A DNA stretch of 64,000 bases from NCBI GenBank assembly GCA_963740315.1, contig CAVUDP010000003.1:128001-192000 (forward strand). The letters run 5' to 3'. This DNA is from an uncultured cyanobacterium (GTDB lineage Bacteria > Cyanobacteriota > Cyanobacteriia > Cyanobacteriales > Nostocaceae). Numbering within the stretch: position 1 is the stretch's first letter; each line of letters starts with the position of its first letter. Position numbers and translations under genes: made by a program. The notes beneath the pieces are model-generated. The model was not told where the DNA came from. It saw nothing but the letters and a program-made list of their open reading frames with translations, and searched no databases. Below, piece after piece: positions 21,375-31,874 of the stretch.

Positions 21375-23405
21375 ATGGTTAAGTCCGCTCCTCCCGAAAA
21401 CACAAACCGTAAACCTTCCAAGCTTGAAGGACTCAAAGAACGCAGTAATTTTTTGCGCGAGCCTGTAGCAACTGAGATTCTTGAAGATACTACTCACTTT
21501 AGTGAAGAAGGTATACAAATTCTCAAGTTTCACGGTTCTTATCAGCAAGATAACCGCGATAATCGCGTCAGAGGACAAGAAAAAGATTATCAAATGATGC
21601 TGCGAACCCGGAATCCGGGGGGTTTCGTGCCACCGCAGTTGTATTTAACTTTGGATAAGCTTTCGGATGATTACGGAAACCACACGATGCGGATAACTAC
21701 TCGTCAAGGTTTCCAACTGCATGGAATTTTAAAGAAAAATCTCAAATCATCAATTGCTGCGATTATTCAAAACATGGGTTCCACTTTGGGTGCTTGTGGA
21801 GACTTGAATCGCAATGTAATGGCACCTGCCGCTCCTTTTAAAAATAAACCAGAATATCAATACGCCGTTGAGTACGCCGATAAAATTGCCGATTTACTCA
21901 CGCCGCAAACTGGCGCTTATTATGAAATTTGGTTGGATGGCGAAAAGGCTATCAGCGCCGAAGAAAGTCCGGAGATAAAAGCTGCGCGTCAGCGTAATGG
22001 TACGGGAACCGTTTTTCACGATAATCCTGAAGAACCGATTTACGGTACCCACTATATGCCGCGCAAGTTTAAAATTAGCGTCACGGTACCGGGTGATAAT
22101 AGCATTGACCTTTATACTCAAGATTTATCGTTGGTGGTAATTACCGATGAAAATTCCGAGTTGCAAGGATTCAATGTCTTTGCTGGTGGTGGTTTGGGAA
22201 GAACCCATAATAAAGAAGAAACCTTTGCCAGAAAAGCTGATGAAATTTGTTACGTCTCAAAATCAGATGTTTACGAATTAGTTAAAGCTATTGTCGCTAC
22301 TCAAAGAGATTATGGCGATCGCTCTCAAAGACGACACGCTCGTTTAAAATATTTAATCAACGATTGGGGTGTAGAAAAATTCCGTTCCCAGGTTGAGGAA
22401 TATTTTGGTAAGTCTTTAGAACCTTTTAAAGAATTACCCGAATTCAAATATCAAGACTACCTTGGTTGGAACGAACAAGGTGATGGAAAGCTGTTTTTAG
22501 GCATTTCCATCGAAAACGGTAGAGTCAAAGATGAAGGAACATTTAAACTCAAAACCGCATTGCGGAAAATCGTCGAACAGTTCAACTTAGATGTTCGCCT
22601 TACCGCCAATCACAACTTGGTTTTTTGCGACATCGAACCCGATCGCAAACAAGCCATCGAAGAAATACTGCAAAACCACGGTATCAATAGCGACCCCAAC
22701 AAAATTGAACCATTGGTACGCTATGCAATGGCTTGTCCCGCACTTCCCACCTGCGGATTGGCGATCGCCGAATCGGAACGAGTAATTCCCGGCATTTTAG
22801 ACCGCATTCGCACGCTTTTAAACGATCTGGGTTTACAAAAAGAGCATTTTGTGGTACGGATGACTGGTTGCCCTAACGGTTGCGCTCGTCCCTACATGGC
22901 AGAATTGGGTTTCGTTGGTAGCGCTCCCGATGCGTATCAATTATGGCTGGGAGGTTCGCCAAATCAAACTCGGTTGGCATTACCTTACATGGAAAGGCTA
23001 CACCAGAATGATTTGGAAACGCAGTTAGAACCGATGTTCGTTTACTTCAAAGAATCTCGCGAAACCGAGGAAAGCTTTGGGGACTTTTGTAATCGAGTTG
23101 GATTTGACGCAATTCGCGAATATGCAGCTAATTACGAAAGCAAAAAAGTTGCTCCTGAAGTATTATCCGATGATAGTGATGGTTTGATAGAAACAATGGC
23201 AGATTCAACTACAGCAGCAGTTACAGAAGAAAGCGATCGTCAGGTAGTAGCGATTGATAATACTACGACTGCGAAGAAATTAAGACATCGAGTTACCGTT
23301 AAAGACGATCTTTACAGCAAACTTAAGCAAGCTTCTGAAAGTCAGGGTAAACCGATGACAGATATGGTGAATGAAGCGATAAAGGCTTATTTAGGCGTAG
23401 AGTAG
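21375..23405 (+). CDS. sir: Ferredoxin-dependent sulfite reductase with C-terminal RHH-like extension
   Basis: [28 protein letters not shown], siroheme/FeS motifs [12 protein letters not shown] and MTGCPNGC. Confidence 0.95.
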   Translation: MVKSAPPENTNRKPSKLEGLKERSNFLREPVATEILEDTTHFSEEGIQILKFHGSYQQDNRDNRVRGQEKDYQMMLRTRNPGGFVPPQLYLTLDKLSDDYGNHTMRITTRQGFQLHGILKKNLKSSIAAIIQNMGSTLGACGDLNRNVMAPAAPFKNKPEYQYAVEYADKIADLLTPQTGAYYEIWLDGEKAISAEESPEIKAARQRNGTGTVFHDNPEEPIYGTHYMPRKFKISVTVPGDNSIDLYTQDLSLVVITDENSELQGFNVFAGGGLGRTHNKEETFARKADEICYVSKSDVYELVKAIVATQRDYGDRSQRRHARLKYLINDWGVEKFRSQVEEYFGKSLEPFKELPEFKYQDYLGWNEQGDGKLFLGISIENGRVKDEGTFKLKTALRKIVEQFNLDVRLTANHNLVFCDIEPDRKQAIEEILQNHGINSDPNKIEPLVRYAMACPALPTCGLAIAESERVIPGILDRIRTLLNDLGLQKEHFVVRMTGCPNGCARPYMAELGFVGSAPDAYQLWLGGSPNQTRLALPYMERLHQNDLETQLEPMFVYFKESRETEESFGDFCNRVGFDAIREYAANYESKKVAPEVLSDDSDGLIETMADSTTAAVTEESDRQVVAIDNTTTAKKLRHRVTVKDDLYSKLKQASESQGKPMTDMVNEAIKAYLGVE

Positions 23406-23466
23406 AGCAAAAAACCTCACATTTACAAGCCTTCACTCTGGCTATGGTGGGGAGCTAACTTAACAA

Positions 23467-23486
23467 AGCCCACCGTAAGGTGGGCT
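23467..23486. terminator. GC-rich hairpin between convergent sir and DUF4351 genes
   Basis: AGCCCACC-GTAA-GGTGGGCT. Confidence 0.55.
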
Positions 23487-23535
23487 AATTTATTAGTTGC
23501 AATCACCTAAATTTAGGAGATACATCAGTTATGTG

Positions 23536-23784
23536 TTAGGAATTGTTTTCTAACCAGGTGGTTAAATTGTTTTGGCTGGAAAAATCTAATAGTGCTTCTC
23601 CTAAGTCTTCTAATTGATTAGTAGATAAAGCTTGAATTTTCTGTTCGATGTCAGCAGAAGTTTCACCAAACTTGCGGGTAAGCAATCGTAAAATTAGTGT
23701 CGCTTCACCTTGTTGCTTTCCTATGCGTAAACCTATTTCTTCTCCTATGAGGATAATATCCTGATAAATGACTGATTCTTGCAT
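23536..23784 (-). CDS. Stand-alone DUF4351 module (copy of the Rpn C-terminus)
   Basis: 82-aa ORF from ATG (MQESVIYQ) after GAGG; near-identical arms to 23939-24235. Confidence 0.65.
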   Translation of the reverse strand: MQESVIYQDIILIGEEIGLRIGKQQGEATLILRLLTRKFGETSADIEQKIQALSTNQLEDLGEALLDFSSQNNLTTWLENNS

Positions 23785-23938
23785 AATTTCCTCTCGGAAT
23801 AGTTGATTAATTAAATCTCTGTCAAATCGCAATTGAAAAGATTTTTGTATAACTGATATTGAGCTATATTTTTTAATTTTATTTGTTGGGATGACTTAGA
23901 TTTAGGAGACGTAGCAGTGCTACGTCTCTACATTAGTG

Positions 23939-24781
23939 TTAGGAATTGTTTTCTAACCAGGTGGTTAAATTGTTTTGGCTGGAAAAATCTAATAATGCTT
24001 CTCCTAAGTCTTCTAGTTGAGTAGTGGATAAAGCATTAATTCGCTGTTGCGTTTCCGAATTCATGCTACCAATGCGACGGTTAAGTAAGCGCATGGTGTA
24101 TTGTAAGGCTTCTTGTTTCTTTCCCCGCTGCTCTCCTATTTGTTCTCCTATGAGAATAATATCCTGATAAATTACTGATTCTTGCATGATTTCCTCTCGG
24201 AATAGTTGATTAATTAAATTTCTGTCAAATCGCAATCCGGCTAAAATTTGAGTGCAGGCTGATATATTTTTTTGTTCTTCACTTTCTTCAATCATATCTA
24301 CCTGACTCGCAACTTGCTGTAATAAGCTTTCGGGTGAGTTGCTTTTTGCTAATACAGCAAGCGGTAATAGTGCGGGATTGTTTAGTAAAGCGGTAGAATC
24401 TTCTTCCCACAAGCGAATAACTCGATACCTGTGACGGGTGTTTTTATCTACATATTCGGTTTTAAAAACCATTTCTGAGTTGCTCGGTTGAAGGAAGATG
24501 ATTACTTGTTCAATGTCACACCAATATATTTGCTTTAATCTGATGTAATAATTGAGCATTCGGAAATCGAGCGGTGGTGTTGATGTTGGTTGGGTTTGGA
24601 ATTCTATATGTAAAATTTGGTTGGAAGTTTGCAGCAATGTCACCGAATCGGCTCGGATTGGTTCGAGATTAAGTTCGGTTTTGAGTACTTGGATATCTGA
24701 GGTATCGGTGGAAAGCAGCCAGTTTGCGAACTCTACTGGGTAGGTTTCGGCAAGGTATTTGCAGGTGTTGTCGTAAGCCAA
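23939..24781 (-). CDS. Rpn-family (PD-(D/E)XK) nuclease with C-terminal DUF4351
   Basis: YDN.CKYL, RADS..LL, ILHIEFQT, RML.Y, LLPLAVL, MQES.IYQ, QLE.LGEALLDF. Confidence 0.88.
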   Translation of the reverse strand: MAYDNTCKYLAETYPVEFANWLLSTDTSDIQVLKTELNLEPIRADSVTLLQTSNQILHIEFQTQPTSTPPLDFRMLNYYIRLKQIYWCDIEQVIIFLQPSNSEMVFKTEYVDKNTRHRYRVIRLWEEDSTALLNNPALLPLAVLAKSNSPESLLQQVASQVDMIEESEEQKNISACTQILAGLRFDRNLINQLFREEIMQESVIYQDIILIGEQIGEQRGKKQEALQYTMRLLNRRIGSMNSETQQRINALSTTQLEDLGEALLDFSSQNNLTTWLENNS

Positions 24782-24901
24782 GAGTAGATGTGGGTTAACA
24801 GTAATTAATTATTAATTCATATCTTGCACATTATTAACAAGCTTAAAGAAAACCGCTTTCTCATTTAGGAAGGCAAAATATAACCGCTATATGTTGAACT
24901 T

Positions 24902-26194
24902 TTAAATTTGGCGCAAAGGAATGGAAATGATGAACTCGGCTCCTTTTCCAGACTCTGAAATACAATGCAGTTCGCCCTTATGGTTATCGACAATGACTTG
25001 ATAGCTAACGGCTAATCCCATACCAGTACCTTTTCCGACAATTTTTGTAGTAAAAAAAGGGTCAAATAAACGTTCGCTTACTTCTTTTGTTATTCCAATA
25101 CCATTGTCAGCAATACGAATCGCAGCTTTATCATCTATAAGTTCTGTGACAATGCGAATCTGAGGTTTGCAAATATAGTTTCTTTCTATTCCTTCTTCTA
25201 ATGCATCAATGGCATTAGAAATCACGTTCATAAATACTTGATTGAGCTTCTGAGGATAACATTCTATTTTTGGTAACTGAGCATATTCTTTTATGACTTG
25301 GATTTGTTTTCTATGAGGAGATCGATCGATACGATGTTGCAATAAAAGTATTGTATTGTCTATACCTGCATGGATATCTACCATTTTATAGTTTGCTTGA
25401 GCCAGGTGAGAAAAATCTCTTAAAGACTGGACAATTTGAGTGATTCTATCCGCACCTTGGTTCATAGAAGAAAGCAAATTAGGAAAATCTTCGATAATAA
25501 AATCCAAATCAATATCACTTATTTGTTGACCAATTTCTGTCGCCGGTTTGGGATAATGCTTTTGGTATAAAGTAATTAAATCTAATAAGTCTTTGACATA
25601 AAATTTTGCTGCATCAATGTTTCCAGAAATGAAGCTGGTAGGATTATTAATTTCGTGAGCAACACCTGCTACCAAACTACCCAAAGATGCCATTTTTTCA
25701 GAAAGAAATAATCGAGCTTGGGTAAGTTTCAGTGCTTCTTCTACTCGTTTGCGATCGCTGATATCTCGCGCTACCCAAACCGCTTGAGTATCGGAGATCA
25801 AAGAAATACTCGCACTAAACCAATATTTAGTATCTTCTATAAGCAAACTATAATCGTAATTGATTGTTTGTGCCGATTTTAATGCTTCGTCAATTTTTTC
25901 TAACCAGCTTAAGCGGGTTTTATCTTGAAAAAACTGTTCTACTGTCTCGCCAATTATATCTATATCTTTATTAAATGAATTACTATAGTTTGTCGGGATA
26001 ATTTCTACGTTAGTTAGTACTGTTTTATCAACATGGATAATAAGTACTATGTCCGTCATTGCTTCAAAAATTGCTCTTACTTTAGCTTCAGAACTACGTA
26101 GTTTTTTTTCCAATAAATCGCGTTCGGAGATGTCTTTCTGAAGTTGGTGATTTATTTCTTTTAATTCAGATAATTTATCATTAGCTTCATGCAT
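24902..26194 (-). CDS. PAS-domain sensor histidine kinase (no adjacent regulator)
   Basis: RDISDRK PAS end, H-box AGVAHEINNP, N-box QVFMN...NAIDA, DNG.GI, FDPFFTTK, GTGMGL. Confidence 0.9.
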   Translation of the reverse strand: MHEANDKLSELKEINHQLQKDISERDLLEKKLRSSEAKVRAIFEAMTDIVLIIHVDKTVLTNVEIIPTNYSNSFNKDIDIIGETVEQFFQDKTRLSWLEKIDEALKSAQTINYDYSLLIEDTKYWFSASISLISDTQAVWVARDISDRKRVEEALKLTQARLFLSEKMASLGSLVAGVAHEINNPTSFISGNIDAAKFYVKDLLDLITLYQKHYPKPATEIGQQISDIDLDFIIEDFPNLLSSMNQGADRITQIVQSLRDFSHLAQANYKMVDIHAGIDNTILLLQHRIDRSPHRKQIQVIKEYAQLPKIECYPQKLNQVFMNVISNAIDALEEGIERNYICKPQIRIVTELIDDKAAIRIADNGIGITKEVSERLFDPFFTTKIVGKGTGMGLAVSYQVIVDNHKGELHCISESGKGAEFIISIPLRQI

Positions 26195-26456
26195 AAAATC
26201 AATTTATATTATTAATATTCTATTTAATAAAATGGCGTTTATCGATTAATATTAACATAATTTATAATCATATCTAAGTTTATCTATCATTAAGAATAAA
26301 GAATTGAAAAATATATAAACTAACTTATCCCAAATGTATAAAAACACATGAGTTAATCTCTTTACAAGATTATATTCACTTATAAAAATAACAAATGTTT
26401 TTAAGCAAAGGGATTTAAATTTATAGGAAAAAAATCCGGATCGTATAATAATTTAA

Positions 26457-26478
26457 AGGTGGGCATCATCACCCACCT
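26457..26478 (-). terminator. Hairpin downstream of nadE
   Basis: AGGTGGG-N8-CCCACCT. Confidence 0.4.
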
Positions 26479-26521
26479 GAAAATATTTTGGAAACAACAA
26501 GGCTGACATCTGAGGAGTATT

Positions 26522-28252
26522 TTATTCTTCTGAAGATGCAAAACTAGAAACAGATGCTTCACATTGATAAGCGTTTTTAACTGCCAACCAATTACTTGCA
26601 ATAGGCATTCGCCAACCAGTACCGAAGGCGCGATCGGTGATTTTTATTCCTGGTGGTGCCTGTCGCCGCTTGAACTCTGCACGCGCTACCATTTTAATAA
26701 TTCGGTTGACGATCGCGGCATCATGCCCTGCTGCAACTATCTGCGCTGCTGACTGATAATCGTTAATTAGACGCTGCAAAATATCATCTAAAGTATCGTA
26801 ATCTGGTAATGAATCTTGGTCAATTTGGTTGGGTTTAAGTTCGGCGCTTGGTGGTTTTGTTAAAACATTTTCAGGAATAACTTCGCCTTTACGATTTAAC
26901 CAACGACAAAGCGAGTAAACGCGGGTTTTAGGAACATCAGCAATTACAGCCAAACCACCATTCATATCACCGTATAAAGTGCAGTAACCAACCGCCATTT
27001 CTGATTTGTTACCAGTTGATAGCAAAAGGTAGCCAAATTTATTAGAAATTGCCATCAATAAATTACCGCGAATTCGAGATTGGATGTTCTCTTCTGCTAA
27101 TCCAAATTCGGTGTTGGTAAATAATTCTGCAAAGGTGCTGTCATAGGATTGCATCAATTCTCCGATTGGCAGTTTTTCCGTTTTTATCCCCAGATTTACA
27201 GCTAAATCGTCAGCATCTTTAATGGAAGATTCCGAGCTGTAAGGAGAAGGCATCAATACACCCAGGACATTTTCTTTACCTAACGCGGTAGTGGCGATCG
27301 CTGCGACAATTGATGAATCAATACCGCCGCTTAAACCCAAGACTACTTTAGAAAAATTACATTTTCGAGCGTAATCCCGTACTCCCAACACCAAAGCCTG
27401 CCAAATTTCTTCATCTTCAGATTCATAATCGCAGGCAATATTGATATTTGAACTATTATCTAAATCTTGTTTTTGTTTATCGAATTCTAATTGTAATAAA
27501 TCGGTATCGAAACCACGAGCGCGACAGCTTAATTCACCACTTTTATTTAAAGCAAAACTTCTACCATCAAAAATTAAATCGTCGTTACCGCCTACTTGAT
27601 TCACATAAATAATTGGTTTATCGAAGCGCACCGCACTGTGTTTTAACATCGCTTCTCTAAACTTTTGTTTACCAAATGTATAAGGTGAAGCGGATAAATT
27701 TACAACTAAATCCACACCCAGTTTTGATAAATCGGCAATTGGACTTACAGAATAACTGCGTTTACCAAAAAATTCTTCATCATTCCATAAATCTTCGCAA
27801 ATAGTCACGCCGATTTTAACGTCATCAAGAGTAAAATAATTTGCTTGTAATCCCGCTTCAAAATAGCGATTTTCGTCAAATACATCGTAAGTTGGTAATA
27901 ATCTTTTGTGAAAAACTTGCTTTACTTTTCCTGACTGCAATAAAGCAATACTGTTATATAAAGTTTTTCCACCAGCAGTATGTGCCTTGGAATTTTGTTC
28001 AACTGTTCCCACCAATACCGCTAAATTTGCAGGTAAATCTCTGGCTAACTGTTGTAAAGTAATACTCATCGCCTCTACAAAGCCAGGATTTAATAATAAA
28101 TCTCGTGGAGGATAACCGCACAAAGAAAGTTCCGGGGTTAATAATAAATGACTTTTATCTGCTGCTGCTTTTTTCGCCGCCGATAAAATTTTTTGAGCGT
28201 TACCAGGTAAATCGCCAATTATAGGATTAATTTGAGCTATTGTAATTTTCAT
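26522..28252 (-). CDS. nadE: Glutamine-dependent NAD+ synthetase
   Basis: Nitrilase domain (PEL...GYPP.D, K..LP.Y.VFDE.RYF, ICED) plus LSGGIDS, ENIQSR.RG, TGNKSE, PSAEL. Confidence 0.95.
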   Translation of the reverse strand: MKITIAQINPIIGDLPGNAQKILSAAKKAAADKSHLLLTPELSLCGYPPRDLLLNPGFVEAMSITLQQLARDLPANLAVLVGTVEQNSKAHTAGGKTLYNSIALLQSGKVKQVFHKRLLPTYDVFDENRYFEAGLQANYFTLDDVKIGVTICEDLWNDEEFFGKRSYSVSPIADLSKLGVDLVVNLSASPYTFGKQKFREAMLKHSAVRFDKPIIYVNQVGGNDDLIFDGRSFALNKSGELSCRARGFDTDLLQLEFDKQKQDLDNSSNINIACDYESEDEEIWQALVLGVRDYARKCNFSKVVLGLSGGIDSSIVAAIATTALGKENVLGVLMPSPYSSESSIKDADDLAVNLGIKTEKLPIGELMQSYDSTFAELFTNTEFGLAEENIQSRIRGNLLMAISNKFGYLLLSTGNKSEMAVGYCTLYGDMNGGLAVIADVPKTRVYSLCRWLNRKGEVIPENVLTKPPSAELKPNQIDQDSLPDYDTLDDILQRLINDYQSAAQIVAAGHDAAIVNRIIKMVARAEFKRRQAPPGIKITDRAFGTGWRMPIASNWLAVKNAYQCEASVSSFASSEE

Positions 28253-28338
28253 TTATCAGTTATCAGTTATCACTGTTTGCTAAAAATTAGATCGGTACAG
28301 TATTCATTTTTCCCTATTCCCCATTCCCTCTATAATTA

Positions 28339-29081
28339 CTAAATAAAAACTAAAGGCTTATCTTTATAAGGAGCAAAAGCTTTGGCATCAAACTGATACA
28401 AACTAGCAGGACGACCGGCTCCCCGCGACACTTTAATTCCGGTATCGCACAAAAAACCTAACTTGAGTAAACGAGCGCGGAAATTTGAATAATCGGAAAA
28501 ATTTTCTCCTAAAACAGTAGTATAAAACTGATATAAATCGTTCAAAGTAAACTTGTTTGGTAACACATCAAAAGCTACAGGAGAATACTCTAATTTATTT
28601 CGCAAACGTTTATGTCCGTATGAAATAATTTGATTATGGTCAAAAGCTAATGGTGGTATTTCCTTTACCGGATACCAAGCGACATCGGTAACGCCATCAG
28701 TAATTAATTTTGCTTCCTCAAATCGCACTAATGCAAAATAACTTACCGATAGATAACGCACGCCATAGCTATCCTTGGCTTCCCTGGGGTCGCGTTGAGG
28801 ACCGCCGAAAGTATATAATTGCTCTAAGTAAAGGTTTTCTACACAAATTTTCTCTGCCATAATTCGATAGGCGGCATCTTCCAAAGACTCACCTTCACGA
28901 ACTAAAGTACCCGGAGATCCCAATTATTTGCAAATGGTTCTTGCTGTCGCATTATTAATAGAACCATTAGCCTATTTTTGGCAATATCAACAGAAAAAAT
29001 AACATTGTCAACACCAACTTTGAAATCAGCTAAGGGCTGTTGGTTTAATGTAGGTATTTCGTTTTGGTTGAGTCGTGGCAT
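28339..29081 (-). pseudogene. nrtR: NrtR Nudix-wHTH regulator with a 1-nt deletion near 28912 (or sequencing error)
   Basis: N-terminus MPRLNQ...VGVDNVIFSVD...EPFANNWDL is out of frame with PGTLVREGESLEDAAYR...NFR...GRPA.LY; total 743 nt. Confidence 0.8.
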
Positions 29082-29641
29082 TCGTATAAATGCTTTTGAT
29101 TAATATATGCAGCTACAGAGGGTGTTAAGGTTTGTGTATCGCCATGTTCGCGATACGCTGTTGAAGAAACATCTAATCCAGTCAAGTTCGCAACGTTAAT
29201 TCTTCCTCCCATTTCGGTTATTTTTTCCAAACTACTTTTATCTATGGCATATCCCGGTCTTGGTATCACTAAAACCGATGCTTCTTGCAATAAATCTTCA
29301 ATTCGATACCAACCTTGAAATTGTTCCAGTAGATCGGAACCAATTATTAAAAAAAATTCGGTATCTTTGCTCCAGCGTTGTTTGGCATTTTCTATAGTAT
29401 TAACAGTTCTTGAATGACTTAATTCCTGTTCTAAGCTGACATTTTTTCTAGCTGGATTAATATCGGCAATTAGCAATCGCAGCATTTCGACGCGATTTTC
29501 TAAAGATGTTTGATGAGATTTAAAAGGATTATCCGCCGCCCAAACTGCTACGCGATCGTAATTATGAGATAACCAAACTAGAACCGCTTGATGTCCGGCT
29601 GTTGGAGGATCTGCACTTGTACCAAATAATGCAATTTTCAT
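29045..29641 (-). CDS. nadD: Nicotinate-nucleotide adenylyltransferase
   Basis: FGTSADPPT.GH, IGSDL...W, VSST.YR; operon context. Confidence 0.88.
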   Translation of the reverse strand: MKIALFGTSADPPTAGHQAVLVWLSHNYDRVAVWAADNPFKSHQTSLENRVEMLRLLIADINPARKNVSLEQELSHSRTVNTIENAKQRWSKDTEFFLIIGSDLLEQFQGWYRIEDLLQEASVLVIPRPGYAIDKSSLEKITEMGGRINVANLTGLDVSSTAYREHGDTQTLTPSVAAYINQKHLYECHDSTKTKYLH

Positions 29642-29643
29642 TA

Positions 29644-31008
29644 TTACTTTTTAGTTGTTTGAGTCAATGTTTGTAATTTGGGAGAAATTTCTATTAACAT
29701 TGATTGAGAAGAATTTATATTTTTAATCTCGGCAGGTAAACTAGCTACGGAAGCGGCGGTTCGCTCTTTTATGGTTTTGATAATACAAGGCGGTTCTAAG
29801 CGTTTACCATCTTTCATAAATAACTTTAATAAAGGCTGTTTGTTTGGATGATTTTCCGAAACTAATCCTAAAGTATCTGCTTTTAATTTACCTTCTAAAA
29901 ACTCGCGAAAAATTTGTTTTCTTCCTGGATAACTTACCTTCCCGCTTGACTGTTTCATCACCGGAATACCGTCAATTTCTACAAGTTTGTATACTCCATT
30001 TACCGGCTTTCCCGTCACCAACCGCGTTCCCATTCCGTAACCATCAATTTGAGCATTATTTTCTTTTAGTCTGGCAATTTCCCATTCGTCTATATCTCCA
30101 CTCGCAAAAATTGATACGTCTGGCAAAATTTCTCTGACTTGTTTTGATAATGCTACCAAATCTCCAGAATCTAATCGAACTCCAGTTAAATTTATTTCTC
30201 CTGCTTTTACCTTAGTTGCTAACTTACGAGCAGCAGCGATTGTATCGTAAGTATCAATTAACAATGGTGCCCCAGGAAAATATTGATGAAATGCTGTAAA
30301 AGCCTCGTCTTCACTACCTTCTAATGCGCCGAGTGCCATAACTAATGCGTGAGCCATAGTACCACTCGGTTTTTCCCTAAGCTGTAGCGCTGCTAACACA
30401 TTCGATGTCGCATCTAATCCCCCTGCTAAAGCCGCCCGTGCCGCCCACAGCGATGCTTGAGGACTGAATGCTCGTCTCGTACCAAATTCCAAAAGTGTTA
30501 TTTCTTTACCCGCAACATCACGCGATCGCGCTGCCCGTGTGGCAATCAATGTCTGATAATTTAACGTATTCAGCAAGTAAGTTTCTACTAATTGCGCCTG
30601 CCATAACGGCGCTTCGATTCTTAACAACGGTTCAAAAGCAAATACCACCGTGCCTTCAGCAACCGCCCATACATCCCCCGTAAATTTTCCCGACTCTAAC
30701 AACGTCCAAAACTCAGGAGGAGCCGATTTAAAAATATCAGTTGACTGCAAAGCCTGTATTTGAGCAGAACTAAAGCTGAATTTTTCCAAATAATCCAGCG
30801 CCTGTTCCAATCCCATTGCAATCAAATAACCAAAACCTTCCGGCATCTTTCTGGCAAACAATTCAAAGCTGGCTCTTTTTCGATCTACACCTTCACCCTT
30901 ATAACAAGCCGCCATCGTCAACTGGTAAAGGTCTGTCAGCAAGCTGTAATCTTTACTAGAGAGGTTTAATTCCGATAAAGACCCATATGAGTTAAACAAA
31001 GCTGTCAT
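29644..31008 (-). CDS. pncB: Nicotinate phosphoribosyltransferase
   Basis: LLTDLYQLTM, EFGTRRA, GTMAH, LIDTYD, VRLDSGD, VYKLVE. Confidence 0.93.
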   Translation of the reverse strand: MTALFNSYGSLSELNLSSKDYSLLTDLYQLTMAACYKGEGVDRKRASFELFARKMPEGFGYLIAMGLEQALDYLEKFSFSSAQIQALQSTDIFKSAPPEFWTLLESGKFTGDVWAVAEGTVVFAFEPLLRIEAPLWQAQLVETYLLNTLNYQTLIATRAARSRDVAGKEITLLEFGTRRAFSPQASLWAARAALAGGLDATSNVLAALQLREKPSGTMAHALVMALGALEGSEDEAFTAFHQYFPGAPLLIDTYDTIAAARKLATKVKAGEINLTGVRLDSGDLVALSKQVREILPDVSIFASGDIDEWEIARLKENNAQIDGYGMGTRLVTGKPVNGVYKLVEIDGIPVMKQSSGKVSYPGRKQIFREFLEGKLKADTLGLVSENHPNKQPLLKLFMKDGKRLEPPCIIKTIKERTAASVASLPAEIKNINSSQSMLIEISPKLQTLTQTTKK

Positions 31009-31040
31009 TACAAACGCACCTTGGCAAAACCTATTTACAC

Positions 31041-31071
31041 TTATGGTAGTTTTCACCATAAATCATGTCAA
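31041..31071 (-). promoter_or_regulatory. NrtR box overlapping the pncB operon promoter
   Basis: 21-bp palindrome TTATG-GT-N7-AC-CATAA (31041-31061) overlapping minus-strand TTGACA-17 nt-TACCAT. Confidence 0.85.
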
Positions 31072-31138
31072 GTATTGCCAGATGTGAGAGGGGGAAGAGG
31101 GGAGATGGGGAGAGGGGGAGATGGGGAGATGGGGAGAT

Positions 31139-31387
31139 GGGGTTCGGGGGAGTACTTCGACAAGCTCAGTAACCTTTGGGGTTCGGGGGAGTACTTCGAC
31201 AAGCTCAGTAACCTTTGGGGTTCGGGGGAGTACTTCGACAAGCTCAGTAACCTTTGGGGTTCGGGGGAGTACTTCGACAAGCTCAGTAACCTTTGGGGTT
31301 CGGGGGAGTACTTCGACAAGCTCAGTAACCTTTGGGGTTCGGGGGAGTACTTCGACAAGCTCAGTAACCTTTGGGGTTCGGGGGAGA
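31139..31387. repeat. Perfect 39-bp tandem repeat, six full copies plus a partial copy
   Basis: Unit GGGGTTCGGGGGAGTACTTCGACAAGCTCAGTAACCTTT; a single core copy is at 61917-61941. Confidence 0.95.
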
Positions 31388-31401
31388 TGGGGAGAAGAAT
31401 A

Positions 31402-31652
31402 ACTAGTATTTCATTTCATTAATTCCGACGGGTTAATTTATTTACGAGATCGCGAGACGCTGTCCTAAGAGGACACGCTACGCGTTCACCGGAGGTGCGG
31501 TTAACGCACTACGCAAACCCTTTAAAATTAATTTGGTGGAATATTAGTAGTCTATTTCATTAAATTTGATGGGTTTGTTTTCTCGTAAATGTCGGGAGAC
31601 TATTCTGTGCTACGTCTCTACAACCCGTCGGAACTAATGAAAAGGACTACTA
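31402..31652. mobile_element. MITE-like composite with ends TAGT..TTCATTAA.T..GACGGGTT and nested small palindromes
   Basis: Inverted ends TTCATTAATTCCGACGGGTT / AACCCGTCGGAACTAATGAA; related ends at ~33645, 33999, 34161, 59015. Confidence 0.55.
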
Positions 31653-31874
31653 ACTCCTAACTTTTAACCTTTAACCTTTGACATGCAGACCTTTAACCTT
31701 TTATATTTGTATTAGATACAATCTCAATTTTTCTAAAGCTAAAGTATTGCAAAGGAAGTTGAAGAAAGATTGCGAATATTTTCGATATATTGAAAACTCG
31801 AATTAATTTCTTATATAGGAACTAAAGTAGAAATATCAAACTTTAACAGATTAAAAATAAAAGAGTTTACCTTT

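Noticed and set aside
31139..31387. CRISPR array
   Set aside because: Units are identical and contiguous with no unique spacers; no cas genes in the window
31021..31422. ORFs 31021-31422, 31068-31358 and 31121-31402
   Set aside because: Open only because the 39-bp unit is a multiple of three; they overlap the pncB promoter and simple repeats
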